Positions 63,685-64,000 of a DNA stretch of 64,000 bases are shown here, one piece after another. Within the stretch, counting starts at the first letter, position 1. Every line of letters starts with the position of its first letter. This stretch comes from Octopus sinensis (Eukaryota). The stretch spans positions 138,694,001 through 138,758,000 of the forward strand of contig NC_043000.1 of the NCBI RefSeq assembly GCF_006345805.1, read 5' to 3'. The translations under genes and the position numbers were made by a program. A model generated the notes under the pieces. It ran no database searches. It had not been told where the DNA came from and was given only the letters and a program-made list of their open reading frames with translations.

Positions 63685-64000
63685 TGTGTGTGTACATATA
63701 ATGAGAGAGAGAGAAAGAAAAAGGTAGTAATATATATACAAAGAAAGATAATTAGATTGATATCTTTACATTGCAGAATTTGGAAAAAAAAATTTTGAGA
63801 ACAGGTGAATTGATGCTGAGTTAGAAGTGTAAAGATTTCTCTAATATAATCTGGTATTTACCTTAATTGATTTAGGCATTTTTTTGGTGTTCCCTTGGAA
63901 GACTACATGAAAGAAGATAACACCATTTCTGCATGAAACCTATATACACAAATACACGCTCACACATTGATTTGTTTATGTGATGTGTGATGTGTGTGAA

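Overview
Eukaryotic, very AT-rich, microsatellite- and transposon-dense window. The repeat families look like those of an Octopus-type (coleoid cephalopod) genome; this is inferred from recalled repeat consensus sequences and was not verified. No intact, recognisable protein-coding gene was found, and nearly all ORF-track entries are artefacts of simple repeats or SINEs. Repeat content: three tRNA-derived SINE families (called A, B and C here); RTE LINE fragments of two types, whose long 3' UTR with an internal VNTR and (GAT)n tail is the commonest dispersed repeat; CR1-like and R4/Dong-like LINE relics; mariner (DD34D) and maT (DD37D) transposase relics; Tc1/mariner, hAT and piggyBac-like MITEs; non-autonomous Helitrons and a Helentron-type element; and Penelope-like terminal fragments. 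The most notable items are: (1) a type I hammerhead ribozyme with a fully canonical core at 30381-30471, plus decayed or variant minimal hammerheads in two other Penelope-like repeat families; (2) a near-perfect 282-bp inverted templated duplication that places an antisense copy of a candidate exon and both its splice sites about 1 kb downstream, next to further long hairpins at 33-36 kb; (3) a low-confidence, phase-consistent chain of small + strand exons at 27.7-32.8 kb; (4) a hairpin-unit higher-order tandem array derived from the RTE 3' UTR; and (5) one SINE head with four alternative 3' tails.
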